A stretch of DNA of 63,202 nt. Origin: a virus. Taxonomy: Duplodnaviria > Caudoviricetes. A program made the translations under genes and the position numbers. Location of the stretch: positions 1 to 63,202 of IMG/VR virus record IMGVR_UViG_3300030329_003706. One strand, written 5' to 3'. Numbering within the stretch: position 1 is the stretch's first letter; every line of letters begins with the position of its first letter. The notes under the pieces are model-generated. The model was not told the origin of the DNA. It saw nothing but the letters and a program-made list of their open reading frames with translations, and ran no database searches. This document shows, one piece after another, positions 18,959 to 26,747 of this stretch.

Positions 18959-20418
18959 TAATAATATATCCTTTGTACTGGACCACGAGGCTCATCTTCA
19001 TAATCCTCAGGGTGTTGTATAAAACCGCCTTCTCTAAATCTTCGCAAAGCCTGTGTAACAGTATCAACGTAATCATCGTGTTCTCCTGCTGGAAAAGCCG
19101 CACATTCCTCAATTACCTCCTCAGCCCAACGAGTATCTGGACACCATACTAACCCACTTTCTAGCAACGGTGCAATAGAATTTACTCGACTAAATTTATC
19201 ATTTCCTCTACTTGGGCTGTAATTAGTCACTGGAATACCCATGTTTCTTAGCTCTTGGGTCAGCGGCATACCCGAAGCTTTTGCCTCGATTAATACACAT
19301 TCAGGATCCCAATACTTAAACTCCTCTAACGCTCGCCGTCGCAAATCAGGAAAATCCCATCGTCCACGCTTGGCATCAACTAGAATAATGTTTGGTGGTT
19401 TCCCTTCCTCTGGGTAAAAAACACCCCATGTGGTAATCGCACTAAAATCAGCATTAGTCTGCTTACTATACGCCGTATCATAACTCTGCATAACATACTC
19501 CAACGGTGGTAACTCATCCTTCCACGTCTGCCACCAATCACGCTTTAATATCGCCGCTCCCTCACTTGTAGGGTTCTGTTGCCATTGGGCTTCCCACTTA
19601 TTAATAGAAAGTGATCCCTTAACCGATAATAAATCCTCTTTTTTCCAAAATTCTCCCCACAACGGCTCCTCTGTATCAGGCATCAACGCAGGGAATTCAA
19701 CTATCTCCCACTTATCCGCTAATATATCTCTCGCTTGTTGCTTAACCAATTTACCTGTCAAATCGTTTTCTGCCCATCGGGTCATAATCATTACAATACT
19801 CCCTCCTGGTTGTAAACGCTGTCTAGGTCCACTAGTATACCATTCATACGCATGCTCCATAGCCGTCGGCGATAAAGCATCTTGCTCACTGTGGGGGTCA
19901 TCAATAATCAATAAATCCGCACCACGTCCAGTAACCGCACCTCCAACTCCAGCCGCGAAATATTCACCCCCCTTATCCGTCTCCCATCGTCCCGCCGCTT
20001 GGCTATCCGCTCGCAAAGAAACATTGTCGAATATAGCTCCGTATTCACTCGAATTCATCAAATTACGCACCTTACGTCCAAATCTAAATGCCAACTCAGC
20101 CGTATGCGTAGTCTGCATAATCTTTAACTTCGGGTTTCTACCCATCAACCACGCAGGTAGTAAATAACTTCCGAATTCAGATTTCGTGTGTCTCGGTGGC
20201 ATATTCACTATCAATCGCTTTAACTCACCTCGGGCTATACGGTTAAACTTCTCAGCCATTATCTTATGGTGGCGTCCATTTATAAACTCCACCCAAACAG
20301 CCTGTACAAAGCACATAAAATCCTCTCGGGCTTTTTCCGCTTGGTCTAAACTCTTAGCTCTATCCAATAAATGGGCAAACTTCTTAAGGCTTTCCTCAGG
20401 TATACGTTCTAAGTCCAT
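18958..20418 (-). CDS. terL: Terminase large subunit
   Basis: MPPRHTKS Walker A variant; GRGADLLIIDDP Walker B; nuclease motifs SYDTA, DFSA and HDDYVD. Confidence 0.95.
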   Translation of the reverse strand: MDLERIPEESLKKFAHLLDRAKSLDQAEKAREDFMCFVQAVWVEFINGRHHKIMAEKFNRIARGELKRLIVNMPPRHTKSEFGSYLLPAWLMGRNPKLKIMQTTHTAELAFRFGRKVRNLMNSSEYGAIFDNVSLRADSQAAGRWETDKGGEYFAAGVGGAVTGRGADLLIIDDPHSEQDALSPTAMEHAYEWYTSGPRQRLQPGGSIVMIMTRWAENDLTGKLVKQQARDILADKWEIVEFPALMPDTEEPLWGEFWKKEDLLSVKGSLSINKWEAQWQQNPTSEGAAILKRDWWQTWKDELPPLEYVMQSYDTAYSKQTNADFSAITTWGVFYPEEGKPPNIILVDAKRGRWDFPDLRRRALEEFKYWDPECVLIEAKASGMPLTQELRNMGIPVTNYSPSRGNDKFSRVNSIAPLLESGLVWCPDTRWAEEVIEECAAFPAGEHDDYVDTVTQALRRFREGGFIQHPEDYEDEPRGPVQRIYY

Positions 20419-20613
20419 ATTTCCTCTATATATCGAAAATTTTCCAAAGGCAATGAACCTATAATCAATATACAGTGTTCAGGGGGGTAGCAACTTTAAT
20501 AATTTTTCGATTACCCTTGAATCGGAAAAAACATGGTTTTACACGCAAAACCAAGGGAAGAATTCTCGCACAGGGGGGTCGCAAATTTGCAACCGTGCCG
20601 ATGGGTAAAATGG

Positions 20614-20643
20614 GCTAGGGGGTAACCTTAGTTACCCCCTAGC
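20614..20643 (-). terminator. 13-bp perfect hairpin terminator after 20651..21088
   Basis: GCTAGGGGGTAAC-CTTA-GTTACCCCCTAGC. Confidence 0.75.
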
Positions 20644-20650
20644 GTTAAAA

Positions 20651-21088
20651 TTAACTAGCTGTAGGCTGTACAACTAATTTAATGTAGCAAGTACCCCAAT
20701 AGCTACTGCTTGGGCTGTAGCCACCGTTTAAAAGTGCAAACAAGCAATTTGGGTTTTTGGCACTATGACCAAGCTTACTAGCGTTTGCCAAAACGACAGC
20801 CAAACTAGTGTTTGTTTTGTGGGCGTTTAAAATACTATTTTGTATTGTAGCCCTTACGCCTTGCCCACTACCACCGTAGCCAAACGGTGTAGGTTTAGCA
20901 CTACCAAGCTTTACGTTTGATAGTGGTACTATTTGCACATTGGCTAACTGCCCTTGAGCGTGTGTATTTACCCACTTGTAAAAGCTAGTGGCATTGTACG
21001 GCGTTTGACCACACCCTACGCCACCGTAAACGACAGCTTTGGTGCTAACAGCATTTTTACTGTTATTTTTTGGTTTAGTGTTTTGCAT
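20651..21088 (-). CDS. Early protein of unknown function, Asp/Glu-free paralogue of 21863..22324
   Basis: Own promoter, AAGGAG RBS and terminator. Shares PFGYGGS..GVR.TIQ, KLGHS.K.PNC and NGGYSPSS.YWGT.YIKLVVQ with the paralogue. Confidence 0.85.
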   Translation of the reverse strand: MQNTKPKNNSKNAVSTKAVVYGGVGCGQTPYNATSFYKWVNTHAQGQLANVQIVPLSNVKLGSAKPTPFGYGGSGQGVRATIQNSILNAHKTNTSLAVVLANASKLGHSAKNPNCLFALLNGGYSPSSSYWGTCYIKLVVQPTAS

Positions 21089-21129
21089 AATATACTCCTT
21101 TTTGGTTGTTATGCGTTTGCGTTAATATC

Positions 21130-21200
21130 AGAGTAAACGTTTTTTAAAAGCTTGTAAATAGTTTTTTTAACTTTTTTTAACTTTTTTTAATTTTTATTTT
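21130..21200 (-). promoter_or_regulatory. Sigma70-type promoter TTTACA-N17-TACTCT with phased A-tracts (UP-like)
   Basis: -35 at 21153-21158, -10 at 21130-21135, and about four A-tracts at 10-bp period at 21161-21200. Confidence 0.7.
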
Positions 21201-21378
21201 TGATTGATGCGATTGAGTTGAGTTGATTTGACTCATTATATAAAGAGATAGACAGACACAGATGCACACAGATGAACACCTATCCCCTTGCGATGGGAAG
21301 GGAATGGGAGCTATCGCCCCCACACCATATATAGAAAGCCTAAGAATATACCGATACAAAGTAAGAATGCGATTACCA

Positions 21379-21600
21379 TTAGCAATCCTCCCAACCTGGA
21401 GGTCCACTGTACGCTGTTTCCCTTTTTTTAACCTCGCATGGGTCACATAACTCAGTATGCCCACCGTATCCTGTCATGCCACATTTACTAGGGACATGCT
21501 TTGCTTCCTCCCACTCCAATGTTAATGCAGATTGTCCTGCAGGTTTTAGTAAAGTGATAGGTTTACCACAACCTCTAAAATTTCCCATATACCAATTCAT
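21379..21600 (-). CDS. Small Cys-containing early protein
   Basis: AAGGAG RBS and its own promoter at 21642-21682. Confidence 0.65.
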   Translation of the reverse strand: MNWYMGNFRGCGKPITLLKPAGQSALTLEWEEAKHVPSKCGMTGYGGHTELCDPCEVKKRETAYSGPPGWEDC

Positions 21601-21641
21601 TTTGTGCTCCTTTCAATATACACAGTTTGCGTTAATAATTA

Positions 21642-21682
21642 ACATTAACGCACCACGTATCACTGGACTATTCTTATTTACT
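21642..21682 (-). promoter_or_regulatory. Phage promoter, variant (TAGTCC-N17-TAATGT plus AAATAAGA box)
   Basis: Same spacing and upstream box as the TTATCA promoter family. Confidence 0.55.
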
Positions 21683-21700
21683 CAGCAGAAGAGAATCCTT

Positions 21701-21773
21701 GAAGATCTTTCTTGATCTTTCTAGATCTTTCTAGATCTTTATTGATCATATATATGTTTATACATATGATCAA
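21701..21773. repeat. Five GATC-containing decamers plus an inverted repeat
   Basis: GATC at 21704, 21714, 21724, 21734, 21744 and 21768; TTGATCATAT...ATATGATCAA inverted repeat at 21742-21773. Confidence 0.9.
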
Positions 21774-21818
21774 GTCAAATCAAATCTTGTCCTCTTTCAT
21801 CCTCCGGAGATGGGAGTC

Positions 21819-21851
21819 AAAAAAATAGGGGACGCCACCAGACGTCCCCTA
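21819..21851 (-). terminator. Intrinsic terminator after 21863..22324
   Basis: TAGGGGACG...CGTCCCCTA stem plus T7 on the - strand. Confidence 0.8.
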
Positions 21852-21862
21852 AATATTTGAGG

Positions 21863-22324
21863 TTAACCTTGAACCACCAATTTGATGTAAGGAGTTCCCC
21901 AATATTTACTTGATGGGGAGTAACCACCGTTCATCGCGGCGAGCACACAGTTTGGACGTTTTTTACTGTGTCCAAGTTTCGCGGCTTTCGCGAGTACAGT
22001 TTTAAGGGACGTGTCACCATCAACACCAAAAATTATCCAGTCTTGTATGGTTTGACGAACGCCACCTTTTGACCCACCGTATCCAAAAGGCAGTGGCTCA
22101 CTGCCAGTCTTGTCAACATTAGGTAAGCATTCAATTTTGACATTCGCCTCATTGCCTCCTGCTTGCTCAGCAATAAACTTAGTGATGTCGGTGTAATCAA
22201 GAGTCTTGCCGTCCTTAACAACTAACTCTACAGACTTTACGACTGCCTTAGGAGTCGCTGCCTTTGATTTTGGTTTAATGTTATTCATGAGTATCTCCTT
22301 TCTACGAGAATTATTTTTTAACAT
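21863..22324 (-). CDS. Early protein of unknown function, paralogue of 20651..21088 (true start probably MNNIKPK at 22288)
   Basis: AGAAAGGAG RBS before the second Met; own promoter and terminator. Confidence 0.85.
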   Translation of the reverse strand: MLKNNSRRKEILMNNIKPKSKAATPKAVVKSVELVVKDGKTLDYTDITKFIAEQAGGNEANVKIECLPNVDKTGSEPLPFGYGGSKGGVRQTIQDWIIFGVDGDTSLKTVLAKAAKLGHSKKRPNCVLAAMNGGYSPSSKYWGTPYIKLVVQG

Positions 22325-22330
22325 TAATTA

Positions 22331-22380
22331 AGAGTACCATAATAAACGTCACTTGATAAGTCTTTTTTTATCTTATTTTA
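22331..22380 (-). promoter_or_regulatory. Phage promoter TTATCA-N17-TACTCT
   Basis: Member of the repeated family, with upstream AAATAAGA-like boxes. Confidence 0.7.
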
Positions 22381-22484
22381 TCTGTCAAATCAAATCAAAT
22401 CCAGTCATTCTTCTTCTTTCATCATCTATCAGATAACATTCTAAGAGGACGATTGACGAAGATTGATGAACCGTTTTCCCTCCT

Positions 22485-22949
22485 CTATGATGGGAGCTGA
22501 GAAGATTTGATTTTCCCCTCCTTGGTGATGGGAGAAGATGATGTTAGAATATGATTGATGAGACCGTTCCAATCGTAAGGAGATCGGGAACTCCAGTCAG
22601 GGGTTAATGGTCCGTCAATCATGGACTCTCCGCTTATTTCCATCGCTCTACTACCACAAAATATATTTATAGTGGCTGACGAAGGATGCTCAACCAAGTT
22701 CATGACGATTCCAGAATATCCGATATATCTTATCTGCCAAGCGATTTGGTGTGGACTCAGCTTTATATTTTTTAGCGACTTTAACCTATGGACTTTCAAT
22801 TCTAGCCAAAAACTCAGTCCATCTTTAACACCATGCACATCAGGGACACCAGGACTAGACCAGGACTCTAGGCGTGTCCAAAACACACCCAGATCCTTAG
22901 TTCCCTCCCTTAATTTATGCCACAGTTTAGACTCAGGCTTTACGGTCAT
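22485..22949 (-). CDS. PD-(D/E)XK nuclease (VRR-NUC / Holliday junction resolvase-like)
   Basis: ESKLW...RLES...PGVPD...FWLELK...LSPHQIAW. Confidence 0.8.
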   Translation of the reverse strand: MTVKPESKLWHKLREGTKDLGVFWTRLESWSSPGVPDVHGVKDGLSFWLELKVHRLKSLKNIKLSPHQIAWQIRYIGYSGIVMNLVEHPSSATINIFCGSRAMEISGESMIDGPLTPDWSSRSPYDWNGLINHILTSSSPITKEGKIKSSQLPS

Positions 22950-23111
22950 TCAATTTCCATACTTATTTTTTGGGCGAACTCAAACAACTCCTCATTCGTA
23001 AGACCTTCTCCCTCATGTTGCAGTATGAGTTCTTGATCAATATTTTGCTTAGAGCTGTAGTACCAGTCATATGTCCAAGTGACTTCAGTTTGTAAAGATT
23101 CCCTCATCATA

Positions 23112-23246
23112 TTACTCCTTTGCATCTATTGCGTCTTCAAGAACTTGTTTAATTTTAAGCAACTCTTCTAGAGTTAACTCATCTCTTATAAAATACATGA
23201 TTTCATGAACTTTATTTTTAAGCATTATTTTTCTATCTTCATTCAT
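23112..23246 (-). CDS. Small hypothetical protein (44 aa), not in the ORF track
   Basis: Hand translation MNEDRKIMLKNKVHEIMYFIRDEL...; GGGAG RBS. Confidence 0.5.
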   Translation of the reverse strand: MNEDRKIMLKNKVHEIMYFIRDELTLEELLKIKQVLEDAIDAKE

Positions 23247-23425
23247 GTTTAACTCCCTTCTTCATTAAAATGGTTTTTTATGACTTCATGGTCAGGACAC
23301 TCACCACAAACACTGCACACATATCCTTCCATGACATACATATCATTGTTGCTATCTGGGACTTCTTGTTCAAAAGATTCTAAATTATCTAAACAGTTAT
23401 GCTCTTTCATATCATAGTCCTCCTT

Positions 23426-23638
23426 TTAACAAGCTTCTATCTGTTCAATTTCGGGGTGTAAATTAGCTTCAAGATAAAGACAAACTTTTTGCCAAGTGTT
23501 GCAGTTGGGATCACCAATATCGGCAAATTCCTCCCCCTCATCTCCGTACGCAACTATAAAATTGCTGTTTTCCTCAATAGTACCGTAGCACTCGCAAGTA
23601 CCACCGTCTTTACGATTGTATGTGTATGTTGCTGACAT
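23426..23638 (-). CDS. Hypothetical early protein
   Basis: TAGAAAGGAG RBS; promoter at 23682. Confidence 0.65.
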   Translation of the reverse strand: MSATYTYNRKDGGTCECYGTIEENSNFIVAYGDEGEEFADIGDPNCNTWQKVCLYLEANLHPEIEQIEAC

Positions 23639-23681
23639 TTGTTAACTCCTTTCTAAAATTAACTGGTTTGGTCATATTATA

Positions 23682-23725
23682 ATTATATGGCAAGACTATT
23701 TAAACGATAAATCTTATTTGTTCTG
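23682..23725 (-). promoter_or_regulatory. Phage promoter TTATCG-N17-TATAAT
   Basis: Family member with an AAATAAGA box. Confidence 0.7.
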
Positions 23726-23735
23726 CTTGCCTCTT

Positions 23736-24170
23736 TTATTTTCCTAGTACCCACTGATGATCACTTAAATCATCAACACTAATAACTGCTAACTTAGTGT
23801 ACTCTTTCATTGAGCCTTCTGGTATTTGGTAAAAATCAATTTCTATGTTTATTCCCTCAAGCCCTCCGTCTTGGGTAGGTACATAATACTCAAAGCTAAA
23901 CCAATGATCTAATTTAGCAGACTTGCTCCTTAACTCATTTAATCCCTGAATGAACGAAGCAGTGGTTGTCGCCTTTTCCGTATTATAACATTTTTTAGGA
24001 CCTCTAAGGTTTTGGCTTATGACTTCATCTACTGCACTAAAAGCGACTTTTTGAATAAGCTTTTCCTCAGGGTTAATTGTGTCCTTAGGTTTTGTATAAT
24101 AGGGCAGATTTGGATACATGTACTGTAACCATCCATCCCAAACATCAAAATGTTTTAAATCAACTTGCAT
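23736..24170 (-). CDS. Hypothetical early protein
   Basis: TAGAAAGGA RBS; promoter at 24211. Confidence 0.65.
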   Translation of the reverse strand: MQVDLKHFDVWDGWLQYMYPNLPYYTKPKDTINPEEKLIQKVAFSAVDEVISQNLRGPKKCYNTEKATTTASFIQGLNELRSKSAKLDHWFSFEYYVPTQDGGLEGINIEIDFYQIPEGSMKEYTKLAVISVDDLSDHQWVLGK

Positions 24171-24210
24171 AACACGATTCCTTTCTATGACTGTGTTTTG
24201 TTATACTTCA

Positions 24211-24250
24211 ACAATAACAGTTAAGCTGTCTTGTGATAACTCTTTTATTT
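24211..24250 (-). promoter_or_regulatory. Phage promoter TTATCA-N17-TATTGT
   Basis: Family member. Confidence 0.6.
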
Positions 24251-24796
24251 TCCTTTTTTGTCTGGCTCTACGACTTCAGCTTCAATAACCAAATTGTCAT
24301 CACTGATCACACCCAGAGCAGGATACTCTTCTTGAAGTCTTTTGATTTCTTTCATAACCTCGTCTTTACTCATCTGATCAATATTTCCATGGAGTATTTC
24401 TTTACGATCAATGTAGAGTCCAGCCGCTTGACCTCTGGATTTTTCAGCCGCGACTGCCGCAGGATAATTGTTGTTCTGCATTGCTAGATCACGTATTTCT
24501 GCAAGTTTTTTTACATGTCCCTCAAAAGTCACCTCATACTTACGGGACAACTCTTGCTTTAACTCCCGAATTCTTTCAACAACATGGGGGTATCGTTGTC
24601 CGTTTAATAGTTGGGAGGCGATTGCATGGGCAGATTTCTCAGAGTATCCTGCTTTGAGAGCCGCTTCTGTCTGGGAAACATCTTCACAAACATAGATTCT
24701 ACAAAACTCCTCCTGTTTGGGTGTGATGCTTTTTTCTGTCCGTGGATTTCCCACGACAGACAGTGTATGTTTGTGAGTTGCTTTTGCGATTGCCAT
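24245..24796 (-). CDS. terS: Terminase small subunit
   Basis: ITPKQEEFCRIY...QTEAALKAGYSEKSAHAIASQLL helix-turn-helix typical of TerS. Confidence 0.85.
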   Translation of the reverse strand: MAIAKATHKHTLSVVGNPRTEKSITPKQEEFCRIYVCEDVSQTEAALKAGYSEKSAHAIASQLLNGQRYPHVVERIRELKQELSRKYEVTFEGHVKKLAEIRDLAMQNNNYPAAVAAEKSRGQAAGLYIDRKEILHGNIDQMSKDEVMKEIKRLQEEYPALGVISDDNLVIEAEVVEPDKKGK

Positions 24797-24883
24797 TTTG
24801 TTACTCCTCCTCCGAGCTGATGGGATACTTTGTATAATAGGGCAGATTTCAAATCATGTTAATTTTTATTTTATCAAAATTAA

Positions 24884-25040
24884 TTTTCGCGTAGACCCGA
24901 AAGTTACTGTCTAGATATTGAATTCTTGGTCATTGTTCCCTGCTAAGTTATTGTAGATATGGGGATACTGAGATATTGTATATTATCAATTCTTAAAAAA
25001 CAAATTTACTCTCATCCGTATTTCACTCCTATATAGCAAA
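24884..25040. repeat. Three-part cis element, copy 1
   Basis: TTTTCGCGTAGACCCGAAAGT, AGATATTGTATAT and TATTTCACTCCTATATAGCAAA, all identical to 45021-45118. Confidence 0.9.
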
Positions 25041-25138
25041 CTGGTTATAGAGCCGTGTAAAGTGGTCAAAAATTTTTGGGCTACTGTGGGGTATTAAGGG
25101 GGGCTTGAGTTAGTCGAGTGGCGTCGGAAATGGGGCTT

Positions 25139-25180
25139 AAAAAAAGAGACCCCCTACCGTTTGGGTGTTCGGGTAGGGGG
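25139..25180 (-). terminator. Intrinsic terminator closing the early-gene run
   Basis: CCCCTACC...GGTAGGGG stem followed by a T-run on the - strand. Confidence 0.7.
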
Positions 25181-25216
25181 TGAAGTGGGAGGAATATTAT
25201 CATGAAGATAAACTAT

Positions 25217-25516
25217 TCACCCCAAGCCTAGCATTGATTTCAATTTTTGCCAACCTTTTTGAAAGAGATTTGGAGAGGCTGTGAGATTTTGTGTTAATTT
25301 TTGGTGATTTTCCATTGACCCTACATTGGCGATAATCTCTTCTTTTGTGAGAGTTGATTTATGCTTGGGTCGGGTTTTGGTGCGACCATACAGTATGTAT
25401 TTAATTTGACCAGGACGCAGATTAAACTCTTCCCCGATGCTAAACAGAGTGTATCCTGCTTTATGCTTCTTGGTAACTGAAGTGATTAGCTGTTTTGTGT
25501 ATTTGACTTTTGCCAT
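25217..25516 (-). CDS. Putative HTH DNA-binding protein
   Basis: GYTLFSIGEEFNLRPGQIKYIL HTH-like pattern; AGGAG RBS. Confidence 0.5.
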   Translation of the reverse strand: MAKVKYTKQLITSVTKKHKAGYTLFSIGEEFNLRPGQIKYILYGRTKTRPKHKSTLTKEEIIANVGSMENHQKLTQNLTASPNLFQKGWQKLKSMLGLG

Positions 25517-25527
25517 AAGAGTCTCCT

Positions 25528-25770
25528 CTAATTAAGGTTTGTTTTATAGAGTTTCATATAACACGCTAATAGAGCTTTGGTAAACACAAGCTCAAACTCT
25601 AGGTGTTTGTGGATAAACGTACTCATTAAGTCGGTATCCCCTTTGAACACCTTATTTTGTGCCATTTTGTCAAGCACTTTTTTACCGAAAGGAGTTTGTA
25701 GCAGTTTATCTAGGTCGTCGTCTGGTAAGAATTCAGCTAATTCGTTAAACATATTTAATTCTTTGTTCAT
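25528..25770 (-). CDS. Hypothetical protein
   Basis: GGAGG RBS; coupled ORF. Confidence 0.55.
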   Translation of the reverse strand: MNKELNMFNELAEFLPDDDLDKLLQTPFGKKVLDKMAQNKVFKGDTDLMSTFIHKHLEFELVFTKALLACYMKLYKTNLN

Positions 25771-26072
25771 TTACCCTCCTGTCTTTTTTTGGTTTCTAAG
25801 TAACGCACATTATTCTTTTCTAACAGAGCAACGGATCGTGCTTTTTCATTAATGTATTGCATCAATTGATCCCTTGCTTTTTTGTTTTGAGTACAAATTG
25901 CTGTGAGAATAAAGATTAGTGTACCACTACTATCGTAGTAATGGGCAGACTTTTTGAATTCTTCAGCTGTCATTTCTCTTTCAAGCCTATACTCTTTTTC
26001 TCCAAGGTTGAGGAGCTGACCAACAGCTCCCCTTACCTCATTATAACGTATAGCCATCGTTACCACCAACAA
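25767..26072 (-). CDS. Hypothetical protein
   Basis: Coupled ORF. Confidence 0.5.
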   Translation of the reverse strand: MLVVTMAIRYNEVRGAVGQLLNLGEKEYRLEREMTAEEFKKSAHYYDSSGTLIFILTAICTQNKKARDQLMQYINEKARSVALLEKNNVRYLETKKRQEGK

Positions 26073-26464
26073 CTATACATTATCCCTTTTCCTTTTTTCA
26101 AGGCTTCAAGGGCTTCTTTAACAAAAGCTTTGTCCTGCTCGTTATACTCTTTTACCGATTCGTCCTGGAATTGGTGTCCGTAGAAAAAGCCTCCCTCGCT
26201 TTGGCAGGTTTCGTAGCCTGATTCTACTTGTTTAGCTAACGACAGTATATCCTCCTCTGTAAGCCAGAGTTGGTTGCAGTTGAGCTCGGTAGCGGACTTT
26301 TGTGTTTTTTCCACAAACAGGTCTTCCATAAACTTTTGCAGACGAGCATGTTTCCTCCAGTAGAACTCTTTTTCTGCGTCGTTTCGTGTTTGTGTTGTTT
26401 TTGTCTTAGCATTGTAGCTAGTGATGGTTTCGGCGTTGATGTAAGCGTATTGATCTAACCCCAT
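26060..26464 (-). CDS. Conserved phage protein (MGLDQY...YWRKH family)
   Basis: MGLDQYAY, YWRKH, GFFYG and terminal YSCWW pattern common in phages. Confidence 0.7.
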   Translation of the reverse strand: MGLDQYAYINAETITSYNAKTKTTQTRNDAEKEFYWRKHARLQKFMEDLFVEKTQKSATELNCNQLWLTEEDILSLAKQVESGYETCQSEGGFFYGHQFQDESVKEYNEQDKAFVKEALEALKKGKGIMYSCWW

Positions 26465-26501
26465 AATTATGTCCTCCTTGGTTGTTGTTTAAAGATTTTC
26501 A

Positions 26502-26747
26502 TTACTTAATTCCTTTTGGTTGTCGCTTGTTTAAAATATTGTCTAATTCAAATGCAGAAAATCTAAACTCTTCAAACTCCTCTAGCTTAAAACTTCTCCA
26601 TTCTGTTACACCTAGCTTGGCTGAAAGATAAAATTTTTCATTAGTAGGGTTTCGTTTTATTTCTTGAATTTCAAGCCATTTCCCAGACCAAAGACTTCCA
26701 TCTTTTTTGCGTTTTGCTTTACTTAAATAATCCATTTTAATAATCAT
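26502..26747 (-). CDS. Hypothetical protein
   Basis: AGGAGG RBS. Confidence 0.5.
   Translation of the reverse strand: MIIKMDYLSKAKRKKDGSLWSGKWLEIQEIKRNPTNEKFYLSAKLGVTEWRSFKLEEFEEFRFSAFELDNILNKRQPKGIK

Noticed and set aside
20651-21088. Alternative genetic code or assembly artefact as the cause of the D/E-free protein
   Set aside because: The TC absence covers all codon positions and the flanking non-coding DNA. The ORF aligns cleanly with its paralogue under the standard code, and other genes read normally.
21177-21464. 95-aa - strand ORF and 62-aa + strand ORF over the GA-rich spacer
   Set aside because: They overlap the better-supported 21379..21600, translate low-complexity DNA and lack an RBS.
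21701-21750. GATC decamers or the promoter repeats as a CRISPR array
   Set aside because: No repeat-spacer periodicity of CRISPR size and no cas genes.
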